IMG/VR virus record: IMGVR_UViG_3300032301_000597
Coordinates: 1-33,977 of that record
DNA: 33,977 nt
DNA from: a virus
Taxonomy: Duplodnaviria > Caudoviricetes
Direction: 5' to 3' (one strand)
A program made the translations under genes and the position numbers. The notes under the pieces are model-generated. The model was given only the letters and a program-made list of their open reading frames with translations, had not been told where the DNA came from and made no database searches. Numbering within the stretch: position 1 is the stretch's first letter; every line of letters starts with the position of its first letter. Of the stretch, positions 1-9,941 are shown in pieces.

Positions 1-270
1 ATCTCTATTGCAACTGGCACACTGCAAATTCTCACTCTCACAGGAAACTGCACATTCACCTTTCCCACCCCCACAGCAGGACAGTCTTTTACTATTTTCT
101 TAAAACAGGATGCCACAGGCGGCAGAACTGCCACTTGGCCAGCCAGTGTCAAGTGGCCCAGTAGCACAGCGCCCACCATCACCAGCACCATCAGCAAAGG
201 CGACAAGTTTGTGTTCACAGCTGATGGTACCTATTGGTGGGGTTCAAATGCAGGGCAGAATTATCTGTAA
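1..270 (+). CDS. Partial (5'-truncated) tail-fibre adaptor-like protein, paralog of 7449..7988
   Basis: Frame 1 is open from base 1 to TAA 268-270 (ISIATGTLQILTLTGNCTFTFPT...WPASVKWPSSTAPTIT...DKFVFTADG...AGQNYL*), closely matching the C-terminus of 7449..7988. Stop overlaps the next ATG (TAATG). Not in the ORF track. Confidence 0.85.
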   Translation: MSIATGTLQILTLTGNCTFTFPTPTAGQSFTIFLKQDATGGRTATWPASVKWPSSTAPTITSTISKGDKFVFTADGTYWWGSNAGQNYL

Positions 271-2243
271 TGTTTAGCGCAAATACAACTCAAGTTTCGA
301 CCGCCGCGAACGCCGCGATCTACATTGAGGACGTGTTCAGCACGTACCTCTACACCGGCAACGGCTCCACGCAGACGATCACGAACGGAATTGATCTGTC
401 GGGCAAGGGTGGACTGGTTTGGCAAAAAGCAAGAAGCGCGTCCGAATGGCACCACCTTGTTGACACAGCGCGCGGGAGCAATAAGAACCTTTACAGCAAC
501 GACACTAGTGCTCAGACTACTGGAACGTACATAACTTCGTTCAATTCAAATGGATACGGATTGGGCGCAATAAACAACACTTCTGCAACCACCTACGTAT
601 CTTGGACTTTCCGCAAGCAGCCGAAGTTTTTTGATATTGTGACGTATACGGGCACAGGTAATACGCAAACAATAAATCACAATCTTGGGTCAGCTCCGGG
701 GTGCATTTTTGTTAAAGCGATAAGCTCCTCCCCATCGGCAAATACGAATTGGTGTGTTTATCACCGAGGTATAGGTAACACGGAATTTTTATCGCTCAAT
801 CTTACTAATGCAGCCGCAACTTTAAGCATGTGGGGAAATACAAACCCAACAAGCACTGCCTTTACAGTGGGAGGCTTCCAAGCTGTAGGTGAATTAGGCG
901 GCACCTACGTCGCCTACCTCTTCGCCCACGACGCGGGCGGGTTTGGCGATACTGGCACGGATAATGTGATTAGCTGTGGGTCGTTTACGACTGACGGAAA
1001 CAGCGTAGCGACTGTGACTCTGGGTTACGAGCCGCAATGGGTGTTGGTAAAACCTACTGTCTCAAGCTCTTTAAGTTGGAAATTGGTTGATACCATGAGG
1101 GGGTGGCCTAATAATGGAAGTACGCTCACAAGTGAATCTGGCCAAGTTTTAAAGCCTAATACTTCAAGCGCTGAAGAAGGCCCTGGCTCCGGTGCCGCTC
1201 AAGTTGGAAGACCATTTCAAACGGGATTTACTTGGGTTGGCGATCCCGGAGAAAACCACATCTACATCGCCATCCGTCGCGGCCCGATGAAGACGCCCAC
1301 TGTTGGGACGAGTGTGTTTGGTCTTAATGCCCGCACTGGTACAGGAGCTAATGCCACCGTCACAGGTGGGCAAACAGATGATGCGGTGCTGATTAAAAAT
1401 CGTGGTGGGACTGATACTAGCGTTTTATCTTCAAGGCTCACCGGTACTGGTCTTCTTTTTCCATATGGCGAAGAATTAGAAACGGCGGCACCCCCAGATA
1501 TCTTGCAAGCCAATCCTTGGGATGTAATGGATGGCGTTAAAGTTGGCACAACATCCACCATCACCAACGCATCTGCCAACACGTTCATAAACTACCTATT
1601 CCGCCGCGCTCCGGGCTTCTTTGATGTGGTGTGCTATACGGGGACGGGGGTTGCTCGCACGGTTAGCCATAACTTAGGTATTGCGCCAGAAATTTATATT
1701 GTAAAGTCAAGAACTACAGCTTTAGCCAGTAATGCTTGGATAATTAATTGCGCTTATTTGCCAACACCGTCTGCTGATGCCATTGTTCTTAATTCTTCAG
1801 GAGCCGTTAGCACAGGGAACGGAGCTTTATTATGGAACAGTACGTTACCAACGGCGTCTGTTTTTTCTATTGGAACATATAACGGAGTAAATACGTCCGG
1901 GTCAAATTTTATTGTTTACCTCTTTGCCACCGTTGCAGGCGTCAGCAAAGTCGGCTCCTACACCGGCACATCCGCCACCCTGACCGTTAACTGCGGTTTC
2001 ACCACAGGTGCCCGGTTTGTCCTTGTCAAACGCACTGATATGGTTGGCGACTGGTATGTGTGGGATAGCGCACGCGGTATTGTTGCAGGCAATGATCCGT
2101 ACCTGCTCTTGAACAACAAGGCTGCCGAAGTCACCAGCACCAACTATGTGGATACAGACAGCACAGGCTTTAAAGTCACAGCGGCAGCGCCAGCGGCTTT
2201 GAACGCCAGCGGCGGCACATACATATTTTTAGCAATCGCGTAG
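270..2243 (+). CDS. Putative tail fibre / receptor-binding protein with repeated beta-rich modules, copy A (~657 aa)
   Basis: Likely start ATG 270 (MFSANTTQ), coupled by TAATG and matching paralog start MFGANTSQ. Repeated YTG(N/T)G..(Q/R)T(I/V)..(G/L), KFFDIV.Y, HNLG..P and Y.Y.(A/F) modules typical of phage fibre proteins. Followed by a fibre chaperone gene. Confidence 0.75.
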   Translation: MFSANTTQVSTAANAAIYIEDVFSTYLYTGNGSTQTITNGIDLSGKGGLVWQKARSASEWHHLVDTARGSNKNLYSNDTSAQTTGTYITSFNSNGYGLGAINNTSATTYVSWTFRKQPKFFDIVTYTGTGNTQTINHNLGSAPGCIFVKAISSSPSANTNWCVYHRGIGNTEFLSLNLTNAAATLSMWGNTNPTSTAFTVGGFQAVGELGGTYVAYLFAHDAGGFGDTGTDNVISCGSFTTDGNSVATVTLGYEPQWVLVKPTVSSSLSWKLVDTMRGWPNNGSTLTSESGQVLKPNTSSAEEGPGSGAAQVGRPFQTGFTWVGDPGENHIYIAIRRGPMKTPTVGTSVFGLNARTGTGANATVTGGQTDDAVLIKNRGGTDTSVLSSRLTGTGLLFPYGEELETAAPPDILQANPWDVMDGVKVGTTSTITNASANTFINYLFRRAPGFFDVVCYTGTGVARTVSHNLGIAPEIYIVKSRTTALASNAWIINCAYLPTPSADAIVLNSSGAVSTGNGALLWNSTLPTASVFSIGTYNGVNTSGSNFIVYLFATVAGVSKVGSYTGTSATLTVNCGFTTGARFVLVKRTDMVGDWYVWDSARGIVAGNDPYLLLNNKAAEVTSTNYVDTDSTGFKVTAAAPAALNASGGTYIFLAIA

Positions 2244-2251
2244 AGGAAACC

Positions 2252-2707
2252 ATGGAAATCAGATTGAGAAACACAGGCGAAGTGATCACCAGCGGAGAGT
2301 TCCGCGCGCTTCATCCCACCACCAGCTTCCCGCCCCAGCTTTCCGCAGAGCTATTGGATAGCTTTGACGCTGACGTGATCTTTGAAGGGCCGCAACCAAC
2401 AGCAACCAGATACCAGTTTGTTGCGCGCCAAGGCGTGGTCCAGATGGATGATGGGAATTGGTATAGGAACTATGTCGCTATTAACATGAGTGACGAAGCC
2501 AAGGACGCTCTGGATGCCCAACAGGCGGCTTCAGTGCGTGCAGATCGGAATATGCGCTTGGCTGCCACAGACTGGTGGGTAATCAAAGCACTGGAAGCAG
2601 GACAAATGTTGGATGCTTCCCAGGCAGCTTATCGTCAAGCATTGCGTGACATCACATCCCAGCCTGGATTTCCCTGGGATATTACTTGGCCGGAGGTGCC
2701 ACAATGA
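2252..2707 (+). CDS. Tail fibre assembly chaperone-like protein, copy A
   Basis: GAGG RBS. C-terminal VRADRNMRLAATDW...YRQALRDITSQPGFPWDITWP motif characteristic of phage tail assembly chaperones. Confidence 0.8.
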   Translation: MEIRLRNTGEVITSGEFRALHPTTSFPPQLSAELLDSFDADVIFEGPQPTATRYQFVARQGVVQMDDGNWYRNYVAINMSDEAKDALDAQQAASVRADRNMRLAATDWWVIKALEAGQMLDASQAAYRQALRDITSQPGFPWDITWPEVPQ

Positions 2708-3789
2708 CCATTTCACGCAATTTAGCTGATCTTGCGCCAGGTGCCAACACATCAGGTGTGCTGTCTCCCACCAATGGTGGGACAGGGCTCACTTCTCCAG
2801 GCACTAGCGGTAATGTGCTAAGGAGTGATGGCACAGCCTGGACAAGCGCAACTGACGGTGCCCTTGTCACCACGTTCACCAGCAGTGGCACTTTTACAAA
2901 GCGAGCGACTAGCACGGTTGTGCAGGTGCTTGTTGTTGGCGGCGGCGGGGGTGGTGGCTTTGGTGGCACATATGATGCTGCTGGTGGAGGTTCGGGCGGT
3001 GGTGGTGGCGGAGGTGCTGGATATTCATCTTTTACCTTTCGCGCTTCTGACATAAGCGCAACGGAGACAATAACGGTTGCTGCTAGCGTTGCTGGCGGTA
3101 GGTCGGGAGTTGTCCCAGCCAACGGAACTATACCTGGGCAAGGCCAACGTGGCGGTATTAGTAGCTTCGGCACTAAGGCTTACGGCGGCGGCGGCGGTGG
3201 TGGGGCGCCTGGAATTGCAACAACTGCTAGCGGCGGCGGTGGTGGTGCTTCCAATTATAACAGCCAAGCGCTCTTTGGAACTAACGTGTCTGCTGGCGGG
3301 GGGATGAATTTTGCAACCTCGGGCGGCTTTGGCGCGGCTGGTGTGGGTGCAGCTAGTTTAGCCTTTGGTGGGTCAGGCGGCGGTGGCACAAGCGCAATTG
3401 GAACAGGTTTTTCAGGTGGTAACGTAAACCTGGGCGCTGCTGGAGGTGGTTCTGGAGGCGGATTTAATGCCGCAGGCACCGCCCAAATAGGTGGCAATGG
3501 AGGTGGCGTCAACACAGGGGTCAGTTCTGTTTTTCCAGCAGGGGGCGCGGTTGGTGCTGCGGGAACAAATGGTTCTGGCAACCCAACTCCTGTATTTGGT
3601 AACTATATACCAACAGCAGGTGCGGGCGGTGGTGGCGCAGGCTCCACGGGCAACGGTGGGGCTGGCGGTGCTGGCGGGAACTATGGCTCTGGCGGCGGGG
3701 GTGGCGGCGCTGGTAACAGCACGAGCGGTTTTGTTGGCGGCGATGGCGGCGCTGGTGGCCCAGGCGTCGTTATTGTGGTGGAGTGGTAA
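2704..3789 (+). CDS. Glycine-rich tail fibre-like virion protein (~361 aa)
   Basis: Likely start ATG 2704 (ATGA overlap). N-terminal GGTG and SGNVLRSDGTAW fibre motifs, then TFTSSGTF..V.VLVVGGGGGGG...GG.G.VIVVEW Gly-rich domain common in phage fibres. Confidence 0.75.
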   Translation: MTISRNLADLAPGANTSGVLSPTNGGTGLTSPGTSGNVLRSDGTAWTSATDGALVTTFTSSGTFTKRATSTVVQVLVVGGGGGGGFGGTYDAAGGGSGGGGGGGAGYSSFTFRASDISATETITVAASVAGGRSGVVPANGTIPGQGQRGGISSFGTKAYGGGGGGGAPGIATTASGGGGGASNYNSQALFGTNVSAGGGMNFATSGGFGAAGVGAASLAFGGSGGGGTSAIGTGFSGGNVNLGAAGGGSGGGFNAAGTAQIGGNGGGVNTGVSSVFPAGGAVGAAGTNGSGNPTPVFGNYIPTAGAGGGGAGSTGNGGAGGAGGNYGSGGGGGGAGNSTSGFVGGDGGAGGPGVVIVVEW

Positions 3790-3791
3790 GC

Positions 3792-3962
3792 ATGAGCATA
3801 TACAACGTAATCACAACTGTGGACATTGAGCAGTTGATGACAGACGAGAGCGGTAACACCACTCTTGTTGTGATTCCTGCCGGTTCTGTGATCAACACGA
3901 TTATCTGGGATGGCGTTTCTGAATGGACGCCTCCTGAGAACACAAGGGTTGAACCTGCATGA
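3792..3962 (+). CDS. Small 56-aa fibre-associated protein (missed by ORF track)
   Basis: ATG 3792 to TGA 3960-3962: MSIYNVITTVDIEQLMTDESGNTTLVVIPAGSVINTIIWDGVSEWTPPENTRVEPA. Fills the gap exactly with ATGA overlap. The V.N.I.WDG...W.PP motif is seen in small proteins following Gly-rich fibres. Confidence 0.7.
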   Translation: MSIYNVITTVDIEQLMTDESGNTTLVVIPAGSVINTIIWDGVSEWTPPENTRVEPA

Positions 3963-4525
3963 CCATTTCACGCAATATATCCAAACTCGCACCCGGCGCT
4001 AGTACGGCTGGAGTATTAGCACCCACCAAAGGGGGCACAGGCCAGACCACACTAACCACAAACAATGTGATCCTGGGCAACGGCACAAGTGCTGTGCAAT
4101 TTGTGGCCCCAGGCACAAGTGGCAGCGTGCTCACTAGCAACGGTGTCACCTGGATCAGCGTGTTCACAGGATGTCCATTAGTATTCAGTGACATCAGCAA
4201 TCAAGCAGATGGTGTAAAAACTGTATTTCCATTACTCACAGATCAATCTGTTGTGACTGGCATTGTGGATAACAAAGATTTACAAGTGGTGGTCAATGGC
4301 AGAATAATCATTCCATATGTTGCAGAAAGGCCATATCCCTGGATAAATATTGCCATTAGTAAAGGATTTGCTGTGGTTACCACAGGCACAACTACAAATC
4401 AGTTGGTTATTTACAATGCGCCAGATGTTGGATCCCAGATATCTGTCACACAGCTAAGTATATCAGCAAGTAAACAAACAAGATCGTATCCATATTCAGC
4501 AACAACGATCGCGTTAGGAGATTAA
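3959..4525 (+). CDS. Virion structural protein with fibre-type N-terminus
   Basis: 188 aa. N-terminus MTISRNISKLAPGASTAGVLAPTKGGTG parallels 2704..3789. GNGTSAV and SGSVLTSNG fibre motifs. Confidence 0.65.
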   Translation: MTISRNISKLAPGASTAGVLAPTKGGTGQTTLTTNNVILGNGTSAVQFVAPGTSGSVLTSNGVTWISVFTGCPLVFSDISNQADGVKTVFPLLTDQSVVTGIVDNKDLQVVVNGRIIIPYVAERPYPWINIAISKGFAVVTTGTTTNQLVIYNAPDVGSQISVTQLSISASKQTRSYPYSATTIALGD

Positions 4526-4531
4526 TTTAAA

Positions 4532-7414
4532 ATGGCAAAGCACGTAATACTGGAAAGCTATACATTTACCCCTAGCACAAAAACCATTGTGGTCACAGGT
4601 AAAAACATCCGCAAGGAACAATTGTTGTTGATAACCAACGTGACCACAGGCACTGTTATCTATAACTTTAGCGATCCCAGTCTGATGGGCACTGTCACTA
4701 ACACTGTGGACACAAACACAGGGCAGGAAACTGCCACAATTGTTGTAAGTTATGCCACTGGCAGCATGAACTCCACTGACAAGATTTCCATATTGGTGGA
4801 AGAAACTTATCAGGAAATCACACCATCAGAGGTGCTGCGTGATCCTGTGGATAAATTGCGTGTGTCCACACCACAATCATTGATTGATACTGACTTTGAA
4901 TATGGGCCACAAACCACCAAATGGGAAAGCCTAAACCTGCTCAACAATCGTCCCAGTGCTTTTTATGATCCCACTCAGCCTATCACTAGCACAGCAGGTC
5001 CAGTATCATTCAATGGTTCCAATACCAGCAACTACAGCATCACCAACGTAACAGCAAGCGGTAGAACCGTCATAGTAGCCATGCCCAACACCACTGGTCT
5101 TACAGTGGGAGTTCCTTTTTTCCTTTTTGGTACTCTGGATGTTGCCAACGCAGATGGATGGTGGATAATTGAGGTGGTGAACGCAAATACCAACATTCAG
5201 TTTACATGCACCACTGCCCCAGCCGCAGCATTATATGATGCAACAAAAACATACTTTTATCCTGCATTTTTCTACACCGGTGCAGCCATTCCCTGTGCCA
5301 GCATCTCACTCAGCGGTTCAGTGGGCACTGTGACAACCACAAATGCACACGGCTTGCGGGTGGGTGATTCAGTTTACATCAACGGCACCACAGGCACCAG
5401 TGGATCAGGCACCGCGGCAGGCACCATCAACTCCAGCTGGATTGTGACCACCACAGCCTCCAACAGTGTGTTCACATTTGCTACAACTGCCACCGGCACT
5501 GTCACACTGGCTGCAGGTGCAGGTGCCACATTGTACCCCAGAGCATTGGGATATGTGGAACACAGACCGTTTGATGGCGGCATACAATTCAGTAACGTGG
5601 TGCCATATCATGGCTATCAGGTCATGCGTCAAACCCGTCGCCAATTCCGTTATCAGAGTGGCAAAGGCATTCAGTTCTCCACTGGCAGTATTTTAAAACC
5701 CACACTGTTCCTTGATAATGTGACTAGCTCAGGCACAACTGTCACTGTGACAACAAAATACCCTCATGGGTTATTAGCAGGCGCAGTAGTTAAGGTTTCA
5801 GGTTGTAATGAAACAGCCTACAATGGAAACTTTACAGTTGTATCGGCAGCCACACAATTGACATTCACCTACACTGCTGCATCTACTCCTAGTTCATCCC
5901 CTGCCACTGGCACCAACATTGTTGTGGGCCCCTTCACATGGTACGGTGCATCCAACCGCCTGGGTATGTTTGATTTTCAAAATGGATTATATTTTGAATA
6001 CGATGGGCAAACCCTTTATGCAGTGGAACGATCCAGCACCAGTCAGTTGGCTGGGCAAATTGCTGTGAGTAATGCTGCACAATCAGTCACAGGCATAGCC
6101 ACAAAATTTAGCCAGCAACTGAAACCAGGTGATTGGGTGGTTATTCGTGGAATGAGTTATTTGGTGGCAGCAATCACCAGCGACACACAAATGTACATTT
6201 ATCCAGAATACAGAGGCACCACTTTAATAAACGGAGTTCTAAGTAAAACCATCAACACTCGTTATGCACAGAGTGCATGGAATATTGATAAATGTGACGG
6301 TTCAGGGGCCAGTCAATTCAACTTGGACCTGGCCAAAATGCAGATGTTCTATGCAGATTATACCTGGTATGGTGCAGGTGCTGTGCGATTTGGATTTAAA
6401 AATAATCGTGGTGAGGTTATCTACTGCCACAGAATTCCCAACAACAACGTGAACACTGAAGCATACATGCGTTCAGGCAACTTGCCTGCACGATACGAAA
6501 CAAACACACTTCCGTACTACACATATTTGACAGCCACACTCACAAGTGCCACAAGCACTGGTGGAACCATTAGTGTGGCAGACACAACAGGATGGCCGCC
6601 CAGTGGCACAGTGGTATTGTACTCACCTGCGGCAAATGGCGGGGCAATTGAATATATATCATATAGTTCCAAAACTGCCACCGCATTGACTATTGCTGCC
6701 AGAGCACAAACAGGGGGGACCACCGCAACCACATTCACTGTGTCTGGAGGAACTACTGCAAACCCAGGCGGTATAGCCCCTGTTATGGTGGAATTGTATA
6801 GTCCCCAAGCTGCTAGCACCATCAGTCACTGGGGCAGTTCAGTGATCATGGACGGTCGTTATGATGATGATAAATCCTTCCTGTTCAATTATGGTCAAAA
6901 CACACAGGCTACCTATGTTACAGCAGGCACCCGTTATCCAGTGTTCAGCATTCGTCTAGCGCCCACTGTGGATAATGGCATTACTGGTTTGCTGGGTGCA
7001 AGAGAAATCATCAATCGCATGCAATTGGCACCCGCCAGTATTGGTGTTTATACAACCACTGCTCCTGTGCGTGTGGAATTGATCTTGAATGGGCGGGTGA
7101 GCACTGGAACATTTGCTGCTGTGGGCGGCTCCAGTCTGGCACAATTTGCCACTCACGGAAATACTGCCACAATCTCAGGTGGTGAATCAATCTACACATC
7201 AATTGTACCAATTAATTCTGTTACTACATCGGATTTAAGTGATATTCGTGATATAGGTAATAGTATTTTGGGCGGAGGAACCACCCTGACTGCTCCCACT
7301 ACTCCTGCAAACGTCTTTCCAGACGGTCCGGATATCATAACCGTATGCGTGATTCCGTTGGCGAGTAACGCATCAGTTGCAGCTCGCTTGGCCTGGAAAG
7401 AAGCACAGGCTTAG
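4532..7414 (+). CDS. Large virion structural protein (960 aa)
   Basis: Long Thr/Ser/Gly-rich beta ORF with repeated TVTT...HGL..G..V.(I/V).G modules found in large-phage structural proteins. Sits in the late gene cluster. Confidence 0.7.
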   Translation: MAKHVILESYTFTPSTKTIVVTGKNIRKEQLLLITNVTTGTVIYNFSDPSLMGTVTNTVDTNTGQETATIVVSYATGSMNSTDKISILVEETYQEITPSEVLRDPVDKLRVSTPQSLIDTDFEYGPQTTKWESLNLLNNRPSAFYDPTQPITSTAGPVSFNGSNTSNYSITNVTASGRTVIVAMPNTTGLTVGVPFFLFGTLDVANADGWWIIEVVNANTNIQFTCTTAPAAALYDATKTYFYPAFFYTGAAIPCASISLSGSVGTVTTTNAHGLRVGDSVYINGTTGTSGSGTAAGTINSSWIVTTTASNSVFTFATTATGTVTLAAGAGATLYPRALGYVEHRPFDGGIQFSNVVPYHGYQVMRQTRRQFRYQSGKGIQFSTGSILKPTLFLDNVTSSGTTVTVTTKYPHGLLAGAVVKVSGCNETAYNGNFTVVSAATQLTFTYTAASTPSSSPATGTNIVVGPFTWYGASNRLGMFDFQNGLYFEYDGQTLYAVERSSTSQLAGQIAVSNAAQSVTGIATKFSQQLKPGDWVVIRGMSYLVAAITSDTQMYIYPEYRGTTLINGVLSKTINTRYAQSAWNIDKCDGSGASQFNLDLAKMQMFYADYTWYGAGAVRFGFKNNRGEVIYCHRIPNNNVNTEAYMRSGNLPARYETNTLPYYTYLTATLTSATSTGGTISVADTTGWPPSGTVVLYSPAANGGAIEYISYSSKTATALTIAARAQTGGTTATTFTVSGGTTANPGGIAPVMVELYSPQAASTISHWGSSVIMDGRYDDDKSFLFNYGQNTQATYVTAGTRYPVFSIRLAPTVDNGITGLLGAREIINRMQLAPASIGVYTTTAPVRVELILNGRVSTGTFAAVGGSSLAQFATHGNTATISGGESIYTSIVPINSVTTSDLSDIRDIGNSILGGGTTLTAPTTPANVFPDGPDIITVCVIPLASNASVAARLAWKEAQA

Positions 7415-7448
7415 TCATGAACACCAGGAACACCAAAGGGGCATATTG

Positions 7449-7988
7449 ATGTCATCCAGAGAGTTTATACAGCATGCAACTGTGACTGCTGCTCCTGTAA
7501 CAGGACAAGTGGGTGATGAATATTTTAATCCCATCACTAATAAATTGTATAAAAATTTAACATTATCAGGTATAAATTTATCATATCAAGAAATACCTGT
7601 ACTAAGCACCACAGGTGGTTTGACGATCACAGGTGGTATTAGTGTTAGTGGTAATTTAACCCTGGGTAGCAGTTATACAGAAAAAACCGCTGGCGCCAAC
7701 ACCAGCACTGCTTATACAATTGATTTGGCAAACGGCACATTGCAAATCCTAACACTAACTGGTAACTGCACATTTACCTTCCCCACGGCCACCATAGGAC
7801 AATCTTTCATAATGTTACTCAAGCAGGATGGCACAGGCAACAGAACTGTCATATGGCCTGCAAGTGTCAAATGGCCATCTTCCACAGCACCCACAATCAC
7901 TACCACCGCCAACAAGTTGGATAAATTTGTGTTCACCGCTGATGGTGCGAACTGGCTGGGTTCCGTTGCTGGGCAAAATTACCTGTAA
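7449..7988 (+). CDS. Tail-fibre adaptor-like protein, copy B (~179 aa)
   Basis: Likely start ATG 7449 (MSSREF) after a GGGG-type RBS. C-terminal LKQDGTG.RT..WPASVKWP...APT domain shared with 1..270. TAATG-coupled to the fibre gene. Confidence 0.75.
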   Translation: MSSREFIQHATVTAAPVTGQVGDEYFNPITNKLYKNLTLSGINLSYQEIPVLSTTGGLTITGGISVSGNLTLGSSYTEKTAGANTSTAYTIDLANGTLQILTLTGNCTFTFPTATIGQSFIMLLKQDGTGNRTVIWPASVKWPSSTAPTITTTANKLDKFVFTADGANWLGSVAGQNYL

Positions 7989-9928
7989 TGTTTGGCGCTA
8001 ACACATCTCAAACTTCTTCCGCAAACTACATCGAGGACGTGTTTTCCACTTGGCTTTACACGGGTAATGGCAGCACGCAGACTATTACGAACGGGATTGA
8101 TTTAGCGGGTCAAGGTGGGTTGGTTTGGATTAAGCGCCGCGATGCAGCGGGCAATAATAATCTCTCAGACACCAATCGCCCTGGCTCATCCGCTAATGCT
8201 AAAACTTTATTTAGTAATTCATCAAATGCGGAAAGCACTGGAGGTTTTGTTGATTACGTCAGCTATAACTCCAATGGTTTTAATGCAAATTTAGTTTCTG
8301 GTGGAGGAGCAATCACATCAAACGGGTGGACATTTGCCTCCTGGACATTCCGCGAGCAGCCGAAGTTCTTTGATATTGTAACTTTTACGTCAAGTTCGAC
8401 ATCTAACACCAATCAACGTATTTCTCATAATCTTGGGTCAATGCCCGGAACAATTATATTAAAAGCCACCAACGCAATTACAGCATGGCCAGTTTGGCAT
8501 AGAAGCCTATCTAGTTCAACTAATTTATATTTAACGTTAAATACTACAACTGCCGAAAGCACATATTCAAATGTATGGGGAAGCACTGGACCTACGTCCA
8601 CGGATTTTGGCATAAACACAAATTTTTTTAGCACAAACATTACCTACGTTGCCTACATCTTCGCCCACGACGCGGGCGGGTTTGGCAATGCTGGCACGGA
8701 TAATGTGATTAGTTGTGGGTCGTTTACGACCGATGGTTCTGGTATTGCGACTGTGACGCTGGGCTATGAGCCTCAATGGGTTTTGTCAAAAAAAACAAAC
8801 GGGATTAGTGACTGGATAATTGTTGATTCAATGCGAGGGAATCCTACGCCGTACCCGCAAATCGCAAACCAACAAATTTTGCGCGCAAACACAACTGGCG
8901 CGGAAGGAGCAACATATGGATACCCGCAGCCAACTGCGACAGGCTTTATAACAACATCTTTTGATTTAAGTAGTACCTACATCTACATCGCCATCCGTCG
9001 CGGCCCGATGAAGACGCCGACTGTTGGGACGAGTGTGTATACATCTGCTTCGCGTACTGGGACTGCCAGCGTTATGCCTAGGTGGGTTGCTGGTTTTCCT
9101 GTCGATTGGGCTATTCGCAAGTCAGATGTCACGACTGGGGGAGGGGACTGGCAGGCTGGAGATCGTCTTCGCGGAGCGGTGCAACTTAAACCAAATTTAA
9201 CAGAAGCAGAAACTGCCGCGTCTCCGTTGTATATTTTTGATGGGATGACAGGATATTCAACATTAGGGGTGGCAGGATCGGATTCGGGTGATCGGTCTTG
9301 GATGTTCCGCCGCGCCCCCGGCTTCTTTGATGTGGTGTGCTATGTGGGAAATACAACTACAGGAGCAACCCAAACACATAATTTGGGATTGACGCCCGAG
9401 TTAATGATTGTGAAACACAGATCGGCAGTTTATAACTGGTTTGTATATTCACAAACTTTAGGAGCAACAAAATTCTTAATTTTGAATCAAACAAATGCTG
9501 AAGGCACTGGCACATTTTGGAACAATACCGCCCCTACATCGTCTGTTTTTACATTAAGCAACCAAATTCATGTTAATGGTATTGGCAATACATATGTCGC
9601 CTACCTATTTGCCACCGTTGCAGGCGTCAGCAAAGTCGGATCCTACACCGGCAATGGCTCGAGTCAGACCATCAACTGTGGCTTCACGGCAGGAGCAAGG
9701 TTTATCCTAATCAAACGCACCGACAGCACAGGCGACTGGTATGTGTGGGACAGCGCACGTGGCATCGTTGCTGGCAATGATCCGCACTTAAGTCTTAACA
9801 CAACAGCCGTTGAAGTAACAAACGATGATAGCGTGGATACTGATTCAACTGGTTTTATTGTAAACCAACTTGCAGCAACAAGCATCAATGTCACTTCTGC
9901 TACATATATTTTCCTAGCAATCGCATAA
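7988..9928 (+). CDS. Putative tail fibre / receptor-binding protein, copy B (646 aa)
   Basis: Colinear paralog of 270..2243 (YIEDVFST.LYTGNGSTQTITNGIDL, AHDAGGFG..GTDNVISCGSF, IAIRRGPMKTPTVGTSV, RRAPGFFDVVCY, TYIFLAIA). Confidence 0.75.
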   Translation: MFGANTSQTSSANYIEDVFSTWLYTGNGSTQTITNGIDLAGQGGLVWIKRRDAAGNNNLSDTNRPGSSANAKTLFSNSSNAESTGGFVDYVSYNSNGFNANLVSGGGAITSNGWTFASWTFREQPKFFDIVTFTSSSTSNTNQRISHNLGSMPGTIILKATNAITAWPVWHRSLSSSTNLYLTLNTTTAESTYSNVWGSTGPTSTDFGINTNFFSTNITYVAYIFAHDAGGFGNAGTDNVISCGSFTTDGSGIATVTLGYEPQWVLSKKTNGISDWIIVDSMRGNPTPYPQIANQQILRANTTGAEGATYGYPQPTATGFITTSFDLSSTYIYIAIRRGPMKTPTVGTSVYTSASRTGTASVMPRWVAGFPVDWAIRKSDVTTGGGDWQAGDRLRGAVQLKPNLTEAETAASPLYIFDGMTGYSTLGVAGSDSGDRSWMFRRAPGFFDVVCYVGNTTTGATQTHNLGLTPELMIVKHRSAVYNWFVYSQTLGATKFLILNQTNAEGTGTFWNNTAPTSSVFTLSNQIHVNGIGNTYVAYLFATVAGVSKVGSYTGNGSSQTINCGFTAGARFILIKRTDSTGDWYVWDSARGIVAGNDPHLSLNTTAVEVTNDDSVDTDSTGFIVNQLAATSINVTSATYIFLAIA

Positions 9929-9941
9929 AAGGAACACACTA

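Noticed and set aside
270-9928. Diversity-generating retroelement (TR/VR pair) between the fibre paralogs
   Set aside because: Both copies are full coding genes, mismatches are not adenine-specific, and there is no reverse transcriptase in the window.
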